Source: Acidimicrobiia bacterium (GTDB taxonomy: Bacteria > Actinomycetota > Acidimicrobiia > Spongiisociales > Spongiisociaceae). Taken from it: a stretch of DNA of 11,429 nt. Under the pieces are notes generated by a model. The model was not told the DNA's origin. It did not search any database and saw only the letters and a list, made by a program, of their open reading frames with translations. The position numbers and the translations under genes were made by a program. The stretch is from NCBI GenBank assembly GCA_041576165.1, contig JBFGLM010000092.1, positions 1 through 11,429 on the forward strand. The letters are read 5' to 3'. Shown in pieces: positions 1 through 7,552 of this stretch; positions within the stretch are counted from its first letter, which is position 1; each line of letters begins with the position of its first letter.

Positions 1-18
1 CGGCGGCGCCCGGCCGCA

Positions 19-603
19 CTACCCGCTCCGCTTGGCCAGGTAGGCCTGTCCCCGTGGCGACAAGCGATAGCCAGGGTTGAGGCTGATCGTTAGTCCCAGG
101 TTCTTTAGTTTCCGCACGTCCAGCTTGAACGACCGAGCGTCACGGCCCGCCAACTCGGCCAGATCCGGCGCTCTCGTCGCAGGCAGCTCAGCGATGATCT
201 GCAGCGTCCGGCGGGTCCACGCACCATGCGTGGAGGCCCGATCTAGCCGGTCGAGCCGGCGATTGATCTCGGCGACGTCCTCGGCCGTGAGGTCAGCGGT
301 GTGCGCCAGCACGTCCCGGGGATCGGGCTCAGCCAGCAGGTTGAACTCGACCCGGTATACAGCCCAGGTCGGATCGCCCCGCAGCTGGGCGCGAATGTCC
401 TCGGCCGAGAGGTGCCCGGCGCGGCGGGCCTCGTCGTCCGTAATGTGCATCGGGTCGACGACGTGAACTGAGACGATCTCGACCCGCCCAGCAGGTGTTC
501 GATAGGGCCGCCCGACGGCGACGGTGGGTCGCTTCCACCGCCGGAAGGCTAGGGTGATCGACCCGTCTTCGATGCCAGGCCAGAACTCCTTGGTGAAACG
601 CAT
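19..603 (-). CDS. ASCH/PUA-like domain protein with C-terminal winged helix-turn-helix (194 aa)
   Basis: The N-terminus MRFTKEFWPGIEDGSITLAFRRWKRPTV...ITDDEARRAG resembles an ASCH domain. The C-terminus WTRRTLQIIAELPATRAPDLAELAGRD...FKLDVRKLKNLGLTISLNPGYRLSPRG resembles a wHTH. Start set at the ATG at 603 because the ORF-track extension to 1164 overlaps the + strand gene. A TACACT -10-like hexamer lies on the - strand at 615-620. Confidence 0.8.
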   Translation of the reverse strand: MRFTKEFWPGIEDGSITLAFRRWKRPTVAVGRPYRTPAGRVEIVSVHVVDPMHITDDEARRAGHLSAEDIRAQLRGDPTWAVYRVEFNLLAEPDPRDVLAHTADLTAEDVAEINRRLDRLDRASTHGAWTRRTLQIIAELPATRAPDLAELAGRDARSFKLDVRKLKNLGLTISLNPGYRLSPRGQAYLAKRSG

Positions 604-641
604 GATGCCCGGCAAGTGTACCGACGAGACTTCCGGGCATC
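604..641. promoter_or_regulatory. Inverted repeat overlapping the -10 of the ASCH-wHTH gene (candidate operator or hairpin)
   Basis: GATGCCCGG-C-AAGT (604-617) and ACTT-CCGGGCATC (629-641): 13 bp with one bulge, abutting the start codon at 603. Confidence 0.45.
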
Positions 642-663
642 CTCTGGCCCGGATCGGGGTCGG

Positions 664-683
664 TAGGCTCGATGGCCGGAGGT
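664..683 (+). promoter_or_regulatory. Putative -10 (TAGGCT) and RBS (GGAGGT) for the 688 gene
   Basis: TAGGCT at 664-669 fits the TAnnnT consensus; GGAGGT at 678-683 precedes the ATG at 688. Confidence 0.5.
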
Positions 684-687
684 CGCA

Positions 688-1155
688 ATGAAGAATCTTA
701 TGCAAGGGGCGCTGGCAGGGGCGGCGGGCGTTGCGGGCATGGCGGGCGTGATCACGTCGTTGAGAAGAGCAATCCTCACCAGCGACCAGCTGGCGGGTGC
801 GAAGTGGCATCCGGAGAAGGTCGTGGAGGCGCTGGTACAACGAGCGGGTTACCGCGAACTCGACGACCAGACGCGGCGACGGTTGGGTGACCTGATCCAC
901 TACGGCTACGGCGCGATGTGGGGTGCGGTGTTGGCATCCGCCACCCGGGGCGGGCAGATCAGCCCGAGCCGTCACGGGGTGCTGCTGGCCGTGGCGCTGT
1001 GGTTGCTGGGATTCGGCGCCGTGCTGCCGGTGGTGGGGGCACATCCCCCGTTCTGGACATGGAAGACGCCGCGCGAATTCGCGCTGACCGGCGCCGCCCA
1101 CCTCACCTGGGGCGTGGGCACCGCCACGGTGCTGAAAGCCCTCCGCGCCCCCTGA
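688..1155 (+). CDS. Integral membrane protein, DUF1440/YagU-like (155 aa)
   Basis: Strong RBS and about 4 hydrophobic segments. N-terminal GALAGAAG helix, plus LIHYGYGAMWG and AAHLTWGVGT His-containing TM motifs recalled from DUF1440-like proteins. Family assignment is by recognition only. Confidence 0.7.
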   Translation: MKNLMQGALAGAAGVAGMAGVITSLRRAILTSDQLAGAKWHPEKVVEALVQRAGYRELDDQTRRRLGDLIHYGYGAMWGAVLASATRGGQISPSRHGVLLAVALWLLGFGAVLPVVGAHPPFWTWKTPREFALTGAAHLTWGVGTATVLKALRAP

Positions 1156-1168
1156 CCGCGTCATCCGG

Positions 1169-2134
1169 GTGAACCTGCGCGCCGCGGCGTCGCTGAGTCT
1201 GACCGGGCCGCTTGCCCTCCAGGGCCGGGATGCCGCTCGCGGGCTCCGGTGGTGGGCCGACTTTACGGGCGCCGAGCTCTACCTCTCGGACGATCGCAGC
1301 TCACCGGGAGTGGTGGAGGGAATCTACCGGCAGTGGCTGCAATCAGACCTGGACGTCGTGCTGGGACCCTACGGCAGCAATCTGGTTCGGCGCGCGGTTG
1401 CTCTCGTCGGTGAGCAGGGTCAACTCATGTGGAACCACGGCGGGGCAGCCGATGATCTCGCCCGTCCCCGAGTCGTTCCGGTCGCGGCGCCCGCCTCGTC
1501 GTATTTTCGCGGCGCGGTGGAGCTGGCCGCAGGCCAAGGACTCACTCGGGTACTGCTGGCACTCGGTCCAGGCCGTTTCAGCGCCGCGGTCGGGGCGGGG
1601 GCCGAGATGACTGCCCGCCGCCTGGGCTTGGAGGTCAAGCATCTCCCGCTCCACAACGAAGCGGCCGTGGTGGCGGCCGCCCGCCCAGACACCGCCGTCT
1701 TGGTGGCCGGGACGTTTGAACAGGACGCGGGGCTTGTCAGTCGGCTGCGAGGAGCCCAACCCGGGCTGCGGTGCTGCGTGGCGGCCGGACTCCCCGAGTT
1801 TGGGATCCGGCTCGGTAGCGACGCCGAAGGCGTCGTCGGTCCGGTGCAGTGGCTGCCGAACAAGGAAAGACCTGAGGTGGGCCCCAGCGGTGCCGAGTTC
1901 GCTGCAGGTTTCACCGCGCGGTTCAGAACGTTCCCTTCCTATGTTGCGGCGCAAGCAGCGGCAGCGGCATTCCTCGCTGCGGAGTTTTGCGAGCGGCAGG
2001 AGAAGGACGTGCATGGCCGGCGCACCACCACATTGCTCGGGCATTTCGAGGTCGACTCTGGATGGCGGCAGGTCGCTCACGCGGCCGCCACCGTGCAGTG
2101 GGAGCGCGGCCGGCAGGTCCCGATCCGGGACTGA
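1169..2134 (+). CDS. LivJ-like (periplasmic binding protein type 1) ligand-binding protein with no signal peptide (321 aa)
   Basis: Motifs ASLSLTGPLALQG, DDRSSP, VVLGPYGS, LMWNHGGA, LGSDAEGVVGPVQW, PSYVAAQA and TTLLGHFEVD...GWRQ...VQW match branched-chain amino acid SBP families. GTG start 13 nt after the previous stop. Confidence 0.8.
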   Translation: MNLRAAASLSLTGPLALQGRDAARGLRWWADFTGAELYLSDDRSSPGVVEGIYRQWLQSDLDVVLGPYGSNLVRRAVALVGEQGQLMWNHGGAADDLARPRVVPVAAPASSYFRGAVELAAGQGLTRVLLALGPGRFSAAVGAGAEMTARRLGLEVKHLPLHNEAAVVAAARPDTAVLVAGTFEQDAGLVSRLRGAQPGLRCCVAAGLPEFGIRLGSDAEGVVGPVQWLPNKERPEVGPSGAEFAAGFTARFRTFPSYVAAQAAAAAFLAAEFCERQEKDVHGRRTTTLLGHFEVDSGWRQVAHAAATVQWERGRQVPIRD

Positions 2135-4270
2135 TCAGGCCCGCCCGCCGGCGCCGTCCGCGGCTTCGGCGACGGGCTCACGCACCCCGGCCCGGGGCAA
2201 CAACGCCGGTATCACCAGCAGCGCTCCGAGCGCGGCCACCGTCATCGAGACCCACATGATGCCCGAGATGTGATGGTGGGGGCGCAGTGGAGACAGCAGC
2301 AGCGCCGACAGCGCGATGGCAATGCCGAGAGCGTTGGCCACGATCGGCCTCCCAGCGCGATCGATCGCCCGCATGATGTAGCCGTCTCCCGCCTGGCGGG
2401 CGTGGTCGATCGCCGCCACGAAATGTATTGCGTAGTCGATGCCGACGCCTATCACGATGGATGACGCGACTGCGGTGATCAGGTTGAGCTGGATCCCGGA
2501 CGCCGCGATGAAGCCGAGCAGGGCGGCGATTGTGAGGATCAGCGGAAGGAGCGCCACAACGGTCGGTCGAATCCGGCGGTATGTTGCCAGCAGTAGAGCC
2601 GCTACCAGCACCAGCGCGGCGATGACCGACCAGATCTGCGCGCCGAGTATGAGCCGGGCCATTTCGTCCCACAGCACAGGCAAGCCGGTGATGATCCGCA
2701 CCTGATCGTTTTCGTCTGCGAAGTCGAGCCAGCCGCGAAGCTCTTCGGCCGAGAACTCGCCGGGTAGCAACAAGAACCGTAGGCCGTCGTCTGAAATCAA
2801 GCTGCCGATGGGCAGTTCGCGGCCGGCCGATATGGCAGCATCAGCCGGGAGCACTCCCGCTAGATCGACCAAGGAGAAGACCGAGCGAACTCCTGCGAGT
2901 GACTCGAGCTCAGCCGTGTTCTCGGCCGCAGTAGCGAGCGACTGCTGGGGATCGGCGGGATCGAACACAAACTCGCCGAACAGGGGCGTAGCGCCGCCGA
3001 ATAGTTCTTCGGTCCGGTCGAAGGCCTGGCGTACTTCGTGGTCGGTGGTGAAGAAGAACAACGGGTCCGAGTCCACTTCGAGCTGCGGGATGAAGATTCC
3101 GGCGAAGATCACCACGGTCACGACCAGCGCCGCAGCCGGCCAGCGGGCGGAGACGAGACGGCGGAGGCCCACCACCACCCCCCCGAGAATCGGCGGGCGG
3201 GCGGGGGCGGTGACACCTATCCGGGTCATCAGAGCGGGCAGCGCAAAGAACGAGATGACGCCGGCGAAGGTGATCCCGATGGCCGCGAACAGGCCGAGCT
3301 GACGGATTGGACGGACATCGGTCGCGAGGAGGGAAAGGAAGCCGGCCGCGGTAGACACCGTCGTGAGGATCATCGGGGTTCCGACCTCTCGCAGCGTGGA
3401 GATCACACGCTCGCTGGGATCATCGTGCTCGGCAGCGATGTCCTGGAAATGCGTGACGAAGTGGAGGCCATCGGCCGAGCCCATGACCAGCACGAAGATC
3501 GGGACGATCACGGTGACTACGTCGATCGGACGGCCGAGGACCGAGATGAGCCCAAATGTCCAGAGCGACCCGAGTAGGGCCGGCACGACTGCCAGCACGC
3601 TGAGGCGGCGATCTCCCACGTTGGCGTAGAAGACGGCCAGCAGCAATAGGAGCACCACTGGCGGGATCAGCAGCAAGAACAAAGAAAGGATGTCCACCAC
3701 AGCCGCATAAACGGCAGGATTCCCGGCGATTGTGACGCCGACCCCTGGAGGCGGCGACACCGTCCCGACGTCGCGTGCCACCTGAATACCGTCGCCATCC
3801 GGGATGACCACCAGCATGCTGTGGCGGGCGTCCTCGCTGAGCAAGAGACCGGCCAGCGGGCCGCTCGTAGCCACGTTCAGGAATTCTTCGGGAACTGCCG
3901 CCAGTCGCTCTGGCGTGAGAGGCGAGCCGTCTAATGGTGACACGTCCGGGATCAACGCACCGACCGAAGCCACGCCGTCCAATGCCGCCAGGGCATCACG
4001 GAATTCGGCCAGATCGACCAGCCGGCTGCGCGATGCGAAGGTCTCACCGTCGGGAAGGCTCAGAACGACATTCACCGGGTCTGCCGTCTCGTATTTGGCC
4101 TGGAGAGCAGCAAAGGCCTCGCCGCGCTCGTTGCCCTCCGTGATGAACGAGGCGACGTCTGCGTTGAACTGGATCCGAAACAACGATATCGCCGCCAGGA
4201 TGCTGACCAGGGCAGTGGCGGCGAGGAACGGCTCAGGGTGACGGGCGATCAAACTCCCGATGCGGCGCAT
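2135..4270 (-). CDS. MMPL/RND-superfamily transporter (711 aa)
   Basis: Two repeats of 1 TM + extracytoplasmic domain + 5 TM. TM4/TM10 motifs MGSADGLHF and GVGIDYAIHF; also PMILTTVSTAAGFLSL and GRPIVANAL. Start moved to the ATG at 4270 because GAGGAG lies just upstream. Confidence 0.9.
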   Translation of the reverse strand: MRRIGSLIARHPEPFLAATALVSILAAISLFRIQFNADVASFITEGNERGEAFAALQAKYETADPVNVVLSLPDGETFASRSRLVDLAEFRDALAALDGVASVGALIPDVSPLDGSPLTPERLAAVPEEFLNVATSGPLAGLLLSEDARHSMLVVIPDGDGIQVARDVGTVSPPPGVGVTIAGNPAVYAAVVDILSLFLLLIPPVVLLLLLAVFYANVGDRRLSVLAVVPALLGSLWTFGLISVLGRPIDVVTVIVPIFVLVMGSADGLHFVTHFQDIAAEHDDPSERVISTLREVGTPMILTTVSTAAGFLSLLATDVRPIRQLGLFAAIGITFAGVISFFALPALMTRIGVTAPARPPILGGVVVGLRRLVSARWPAAALVVTVVIFAGIFIPQLEVDSDPLFFFTTDHEVRQAFDRTEELFGGATPLFGEFVFDPADPQQSLATAAENTAELESLAGVRSVFSLVDLAGVLPADAAISAGRELPIGSLISDDGLRFLLLPGEFSAEELRGWLDFADENDQVRIITGLPVLWDEMARLILGAQIWSVIAALVLVAALLLATYRRIRPTVVALLPLILTIAALLGFIAASGIQLNLITAVASSIVIGVGIDYAIHFVAAIDHARQAGDGYIMRAIDRAGRPIVANALGIAIALSALLLSPLRPHHHISGIMWVSMTVAALGALLVIPALLPRAGVREPVAEAADGAGGRA

Positions 4271-4319
4271 CCTGCTCCTCGTCGAGCTTCCGGCGATGCC
4301 CGGCTTCAACCAGAAAGCG

Positions 4320-4371
4320 GCCGAGCCGATCCGTTCCTCGGCGCATAACTTACTCGCCGTCCGGAACGGAC
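4320..4371 (-). promoter_or_regulatory. Inverted-repeat cluster between gltD and the MMPL gene, enclosing a -10-like TAAGTT
   Basis: TCCGTTCC (4330-4337) pairs with GGAACGGA (4363-4370). Alternative stems are GCCGAG/CTCGGC (4320-4342) and GTCCG-GAA-CGGAC (4359-4371). TAAGTT lies on the - strand at 4347-4352. Confidence 0.35.
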
Positions 4372-4409
4372 AGCGGGAGCGCGCCCGGGCCGCACCAAGA
4401 CCAGGTGGG

Positions 4410-5876
4410 TCAGAGGGGATGGTCGCTCGGAGCGACCGGCCGTGGCAACGTGTCTTCCCCGGTCAGGTTGGCATGGACGGCGGCCGCGCACGCCCGCCCA
4501 TCGGCGATCGCCCAGACCACCAGGCTGGCCCCGCGGGTGGCGTCGCCGCAGGCATATACACCAGGCGCAGTGGTTTGCCAGTCGTCATCGATCGCAATGG
4601 TGCCATGACCGGTCAGGTCGATCTCCAGGTCGCGCACGAGACGCCCGGCCTCGACCCCGTCGAACCCCATCGCCAGCAGGACGAGGTCGGCCCGCACCTG
4701 GAACGCCGAGCCGCCGATCGATTCGAAGCGGCGATGGTGCTGCTCCCATACGGCGTCAACCCGATCGCCACAGATCCCGTGGACTCGTCCGGTTTGGTCG
4801 GGTACCAGCTGACGCACCTCGGTCCTCCACTCCTCCCGCACCCCTTCCTCCTGCGCGAAGCCGTGCTTGTGGACTCGTGGCCACTGAGGCCACGGGTTGG
4901 TGCTGAAGTCGCGCTCAGACGGCGGGCACGGGTTGTGGTCGAACATCCGGACAGACGCGGCGCCTTGGCGATTGGCGGTGCCAAGGCAATCCAGACCGGT
5001 GTCCCCACCGCCGATGATGGCCACATGCCGCCCGGCCGCATCGATGCTGGTGTGGTTCTGGTCGCCCGCTTGAACGCGATTGGCCTCCTCTAGATAGGTC
5101 ATACCTTGATGTACGCCGACCAGATTGGCGCCGGGCACGTCCAGCTGGCGGGCGAAGCTGGATCCGCAGGCCACGATCGCCGCATCGAAAGAATCGACCA
5201 GCTCGTCGGCCGTGAGGTCCCCACCGACATCCACTTGGGTGTGGAACTGTGTCCCCTCCGCCGAGAGCTGTTCGAGGCGCCGGTCAAGCAGAGCTTTGTC
5301 CATCTTGAAGTCAGGAATCCCGTAGCGCAGCAGACCTCCTACGCGGTCGGCCCGCTCGAACACGGCAACCTCGTGGCCGGCGCGGGTGAGCTGTTGAGCA
5401 GCGGCCAGCCCGGCTGGACCCGAACCCACCACTGCCACCGAGAAGCCTGTCGCATGATCGGGCGGATGTGGCACCACCCACCCTTCTGCGAACGCTCGAT
5501 CGATGATGGCGAGTTCGATCTGACGGATCGCCACCGCGTCGTCATTGATCGCCAGAACGCAACTCGCCTCACACGGAGCTGGGCACAACCAGCCTGTGAA
5601 TTCTGGGAAATTGTTCGTGGCGTGAAGCTGTTCGATCGCGTATTGCCACCGACCGGATGCCACCGAGTCATTCCAGTAGGCAATCTCGTTGCCCAGGGGG
5701 CACCCGAGCTCGCAAAACGCCACCCCGCAGTCCATGCACCGGGTGGCATTGCGCTCGATGACCCGGCCGGCAGGGGCCTCGATGACGACGCGCCAATCCC
5801 GGATACGCTCGCCCACTGGCCTGACGAGGGCATCTTCCCGGCGGTATGTCAGAAAACCCCAGGGATCGACGGCCAC
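4410..5876 (-). CDS. gltD: Glutamate synthase small (beta) subunit (488 aa)
   Basis: N-terminal DPWGFL; Fe-S motifs CMDCGVAFCELGCP and CPAPCEASC; FAD motif VAVVGSGPAGLAAAQQL; GGLLRYGIPDFK; pyridine-nucleotide motif IIGGGDTG; NPWPQWP; C-terminal GDATRGASLVVWAI. GTG start at 5876 with GGAGGT 6 nt upstream. Confidence 0.93.
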   Translation of the reverse strand: MAVDPWGFLTYRREDALVRPVGERIRDWRVVIEAPAGRVIERNATRCMDCGVAFCELGCPLGNEIAYWNDSVASGRWQYAIEQLHATNNFPEFTGWLCPAPCEASCVLAINDDAVAIRQIELAIIDRAFAEGWVVPHPPDHATGFSVAVVGSGPAGLAAAQQLTRAGHEVAVFERADRVGGLLRYGIPDFKMDKALLDRRLEQLSAEGTQFHTQVDVGGDLTADELVDSFDAAIVACGSSFARQLDVPGANLVGVHQGMTYLEEANRVQAGDQNHTSIDAAGRHVAIIGGGDTGLDCLGTANRQGAASVRMFDHNPCPPSERDFSTNPWPQWPRVHKHGFAQEEGVREEWRTEVRQLVPDQTGRVHGICGDRVDAVWEQHHRRFESIGGSAFQVRADLVLLAMGFDGVEAGRLVRDLEIDLTGHGTIAIDDDWQTTAPGVYACGDATRGASLVVWAIADGRACAAAVHANLTGEDTLPRPVAPSDHPL

Positions 5877-6056
5877 GGTGGCACCTCCGGACAACCTGGC
5901 CGGCCGCCGTACTAGCCAACGGCCCGCTCATCGCGATTCGCTCGATTGTCCTGGCGGACTCATGCTCTCATGCCGAGTTGTGATCTGACAAGGGCAGGGC
6001 ACCGGATTCTTGTAGCCCCGTGACTGTTGCCCGGCTTGGCCGTACCTGGGTGGGGC

Positions 6057-6608
6057 TCACCTGCCGGGTGTCCAACCGCCCGCCGTCGGTTTGATGGCTT
6101 GAGTGCGCTCGAGCCAGTTTGTGAGCGGCGCCGGAAGCTCGGCCGGTCGATCACCCCAGTCGTAGACGACGGCGGCGCCGGCGATGACATCGTGCAATGC
6201 CCGCCGCTCCCTCCCGAACAGAACACCCAGGAACCCAAGACCCAGGATGGCAAAACTCAGCGGAAGCGCGAGCACGCGCACGGCCGCTCGCGCCGGGGTC
6301 AACGGCGTTCCATCCCTGCAGACCACTCTGAGCCCAACCACGGCCTTGCCCGGGGTGCGCCCGCTCACGATGAGGCCCACCACCAGATAGATGAAGGCCC
6401 ATCCAGCCATCCCGAGAATCCAGTACAGCGAGTGGTCGCTGTCGGCGACGCCGATGTCCCATGCGAAGAGCGCGGACAGTAGGAACGACGCACCCCCAAG
6501 CAACAGGCTGTAACTCACAGCGATCACGAGCCAGTCGATCACAAACGCCGCCAGCCTCGTGAACACCCCGGCGTAATTGCCCGTGACGACTCCTGCCATA
6601 CGCTTCAT
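6057..6608 (-). CDS. RDD family membrane protein (183 aa)
   Basis: YAGVFTRLAAFVIDW, GRTPGKAVVGLRVV and ERRALHDVIAG are the RDD signature motifs. The start overlaps the upstream stop (ATGA). Confidence 0.92.
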   Translation of the reverse strand: MKRMAGVVTGNYAGVFTRLAAFVIDWLVIAVSYSLLLGGASFLLSALFAWDIGVADSDHSLYWILGMAGWAFIYLVVGLIVSGRTPGKAVVGLRVVCRDGTPLTPARAAVRVLALPLSFAILGLGFLGVLFGRERRALHDVIAGAAVVYDWGDRPAELPAPLTNWLERTQAIKPTAGGWTPGR

Positions 6609-7450
6609 GATGGAGGCTCCGACTGCGCCTCGGTCAGTGCTCGGGGACCGGGCGGCATCGCGTTCGAGTCCCTTCCCAGGATCCGATTCACTGTCCGGGC
6701 CAACAGGACGTCGAGACCGACGCCCTGGCGCCGAGCGAGATCTATTGCCGACTCGGCAATTTGTTCGGTGCCCTCAACGACCCTGTCGCCCACCCGCACG
6801 CGGCGCACGATGGCCTCCACATCCACCCGATCGAGGAGCGCATCGAGATCAACTTCGGCCAGCAGGTCGTTGAGATCGATGCGTTCCATCATCGACCCAA
6901 TATCGACCCTAGACATGAGCTGAGCGATGTCTAGGTCACCGAGAAGCCGGTTCATATCGACGTGTGACAGCAGGGCGTTCACGTCCACTTCATCCAGCAT
7001 CGCTTCGAGGTCGAGCCGCTTGATGAGGTCGCCCTGGTCAACTGACTGGACCACGACCGGCAACACCACCGCGACGACTCTTGCCAGGCGTTGTTCCGCC
7101 AGTCGAGTGGCTTGACTCCAATCAACTCCGAACTCTTCCCGGGCAACGGCGAGCGTGTCCAAAGTCACCTGACTGACCACCCTGACGGGACTGGTCTGTG
7201 CCAAACGGCGGGCAACCGCACCCAGCGCCGCCCCCGTGATTCTTGCGGCTGTCAAACCCACATAGCCACCCAGCTCAATCAGCGAGCGCGTCAAGGTCTC
7301 CTCGGGAGTCGGGTTGGTGGCAGCACCGTTCCCACCAGCATCGAGCTGGATCTGTTGCCGCTCATTGCCCATGACCGTCATATTGCTCTGCTGTTCGCGA
7401 ACGTCACGATCCGGTGAGTGATCGAAATGGAGCCCGACCATTTCCTCCAT
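6605..7450 (-). CDS. Uncharacterised protein with nine tandem 9-residue hDhxxhhxx repeats
   Basis: Clear periodic repeats and an ATGA overlap with the RDD gene. The start is uncertain: ATG 7450 has GGGAGAGGG upstream; ATG 7381 and 7372 are alternatives. The 7531 start lies inside the upstream palindrome and is unlikely. Confidence 0.8.
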   Translation of the reverse strand: MEEMVGLHFDHSPDRDVREQQSNMTVMGNERQQIQLDAGGNGAATNPTPEETLTRSLIELGGYVGLTAARITGAALGAVARRLAQTSPVRVVSQVTLDTLAVAREEFGVDWSQATRLAEQRLARVVAVVLPVVVQSVDQGDLIKRLDLEAMLDEVDVNALLSHVDMNRLLGDLDIAQLMSRVDIGSMMERIDLNDLLAEVDLDALLDRVDVEAIVRRVRVGDRVVEGTEQIAESAIDLARRQGVGLDVLLARTVNRILGRDSNAMPPGPRALTEAQSEPPS

Positions 7451-7527
7451 GTGCACCCTCTCCCGCTGTATGACAATGGGCGCGCCAAAACGCGTCCCAT
7501 TGTCATGACGGCAGACCGGGCGGGTCC

Positions 7528-7544
7528 TCACCCCGTGGGGGTGA
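7528..7544. promoter_or_regulatory. Palindromic box 1, TCACCC-CGTGG-GGGTGA (candidate activator site for the repeat-protein/RDD operon)
   Basis: Perfect 6-5-6 palindrome in an intergenic gap; GACAAT (- strand, 7499-7504) lies 23 nt downstream. Confidence 0.7.
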
Positions 7545-7552
7545 GCCCAGGC

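Noticed and set aside
604-1164. N-terminal extension of the 381-aa ORF 19..1164
   Set aside because: It is antisense to the well-supported 688-1155 gene and has no protein-like features; recognisable ASCH sequence starts at Met 603.
1161-1172. TCATCC-GGGTGA as a fourth box
   Set aside because: There is no 5-nt spacer, it overlaps a start codon, and no -10 lies at the expected distance.
4260-5915. Long + strand ORFs (277 and 269 aa) opposite gltD, and similar shadow ORFs across the window
   Set aside because: Stop-poor antisense frames are expected in high-GC coding DNA, and they contain no recognisable motifs.
7404-7421. TCACGA-N6-GAGTGA (and CCACCG-N5-CGGAGA at 8450-8466) as additional boxes
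   Set aside because: Wrong spacer length or 3-4 mismatches, and no matching promoter geometry was seen for the 7404 copy.
7527-7545. Box 1 as simply the YihY terminator hairpin
   Set aside because: It can fold (8-bp stem) just after the stop, but it has no U-tract. The same 6-5-6 sequence recurs twice in a divergent promoter region where no terminator is needed. A dual role is not excluded.
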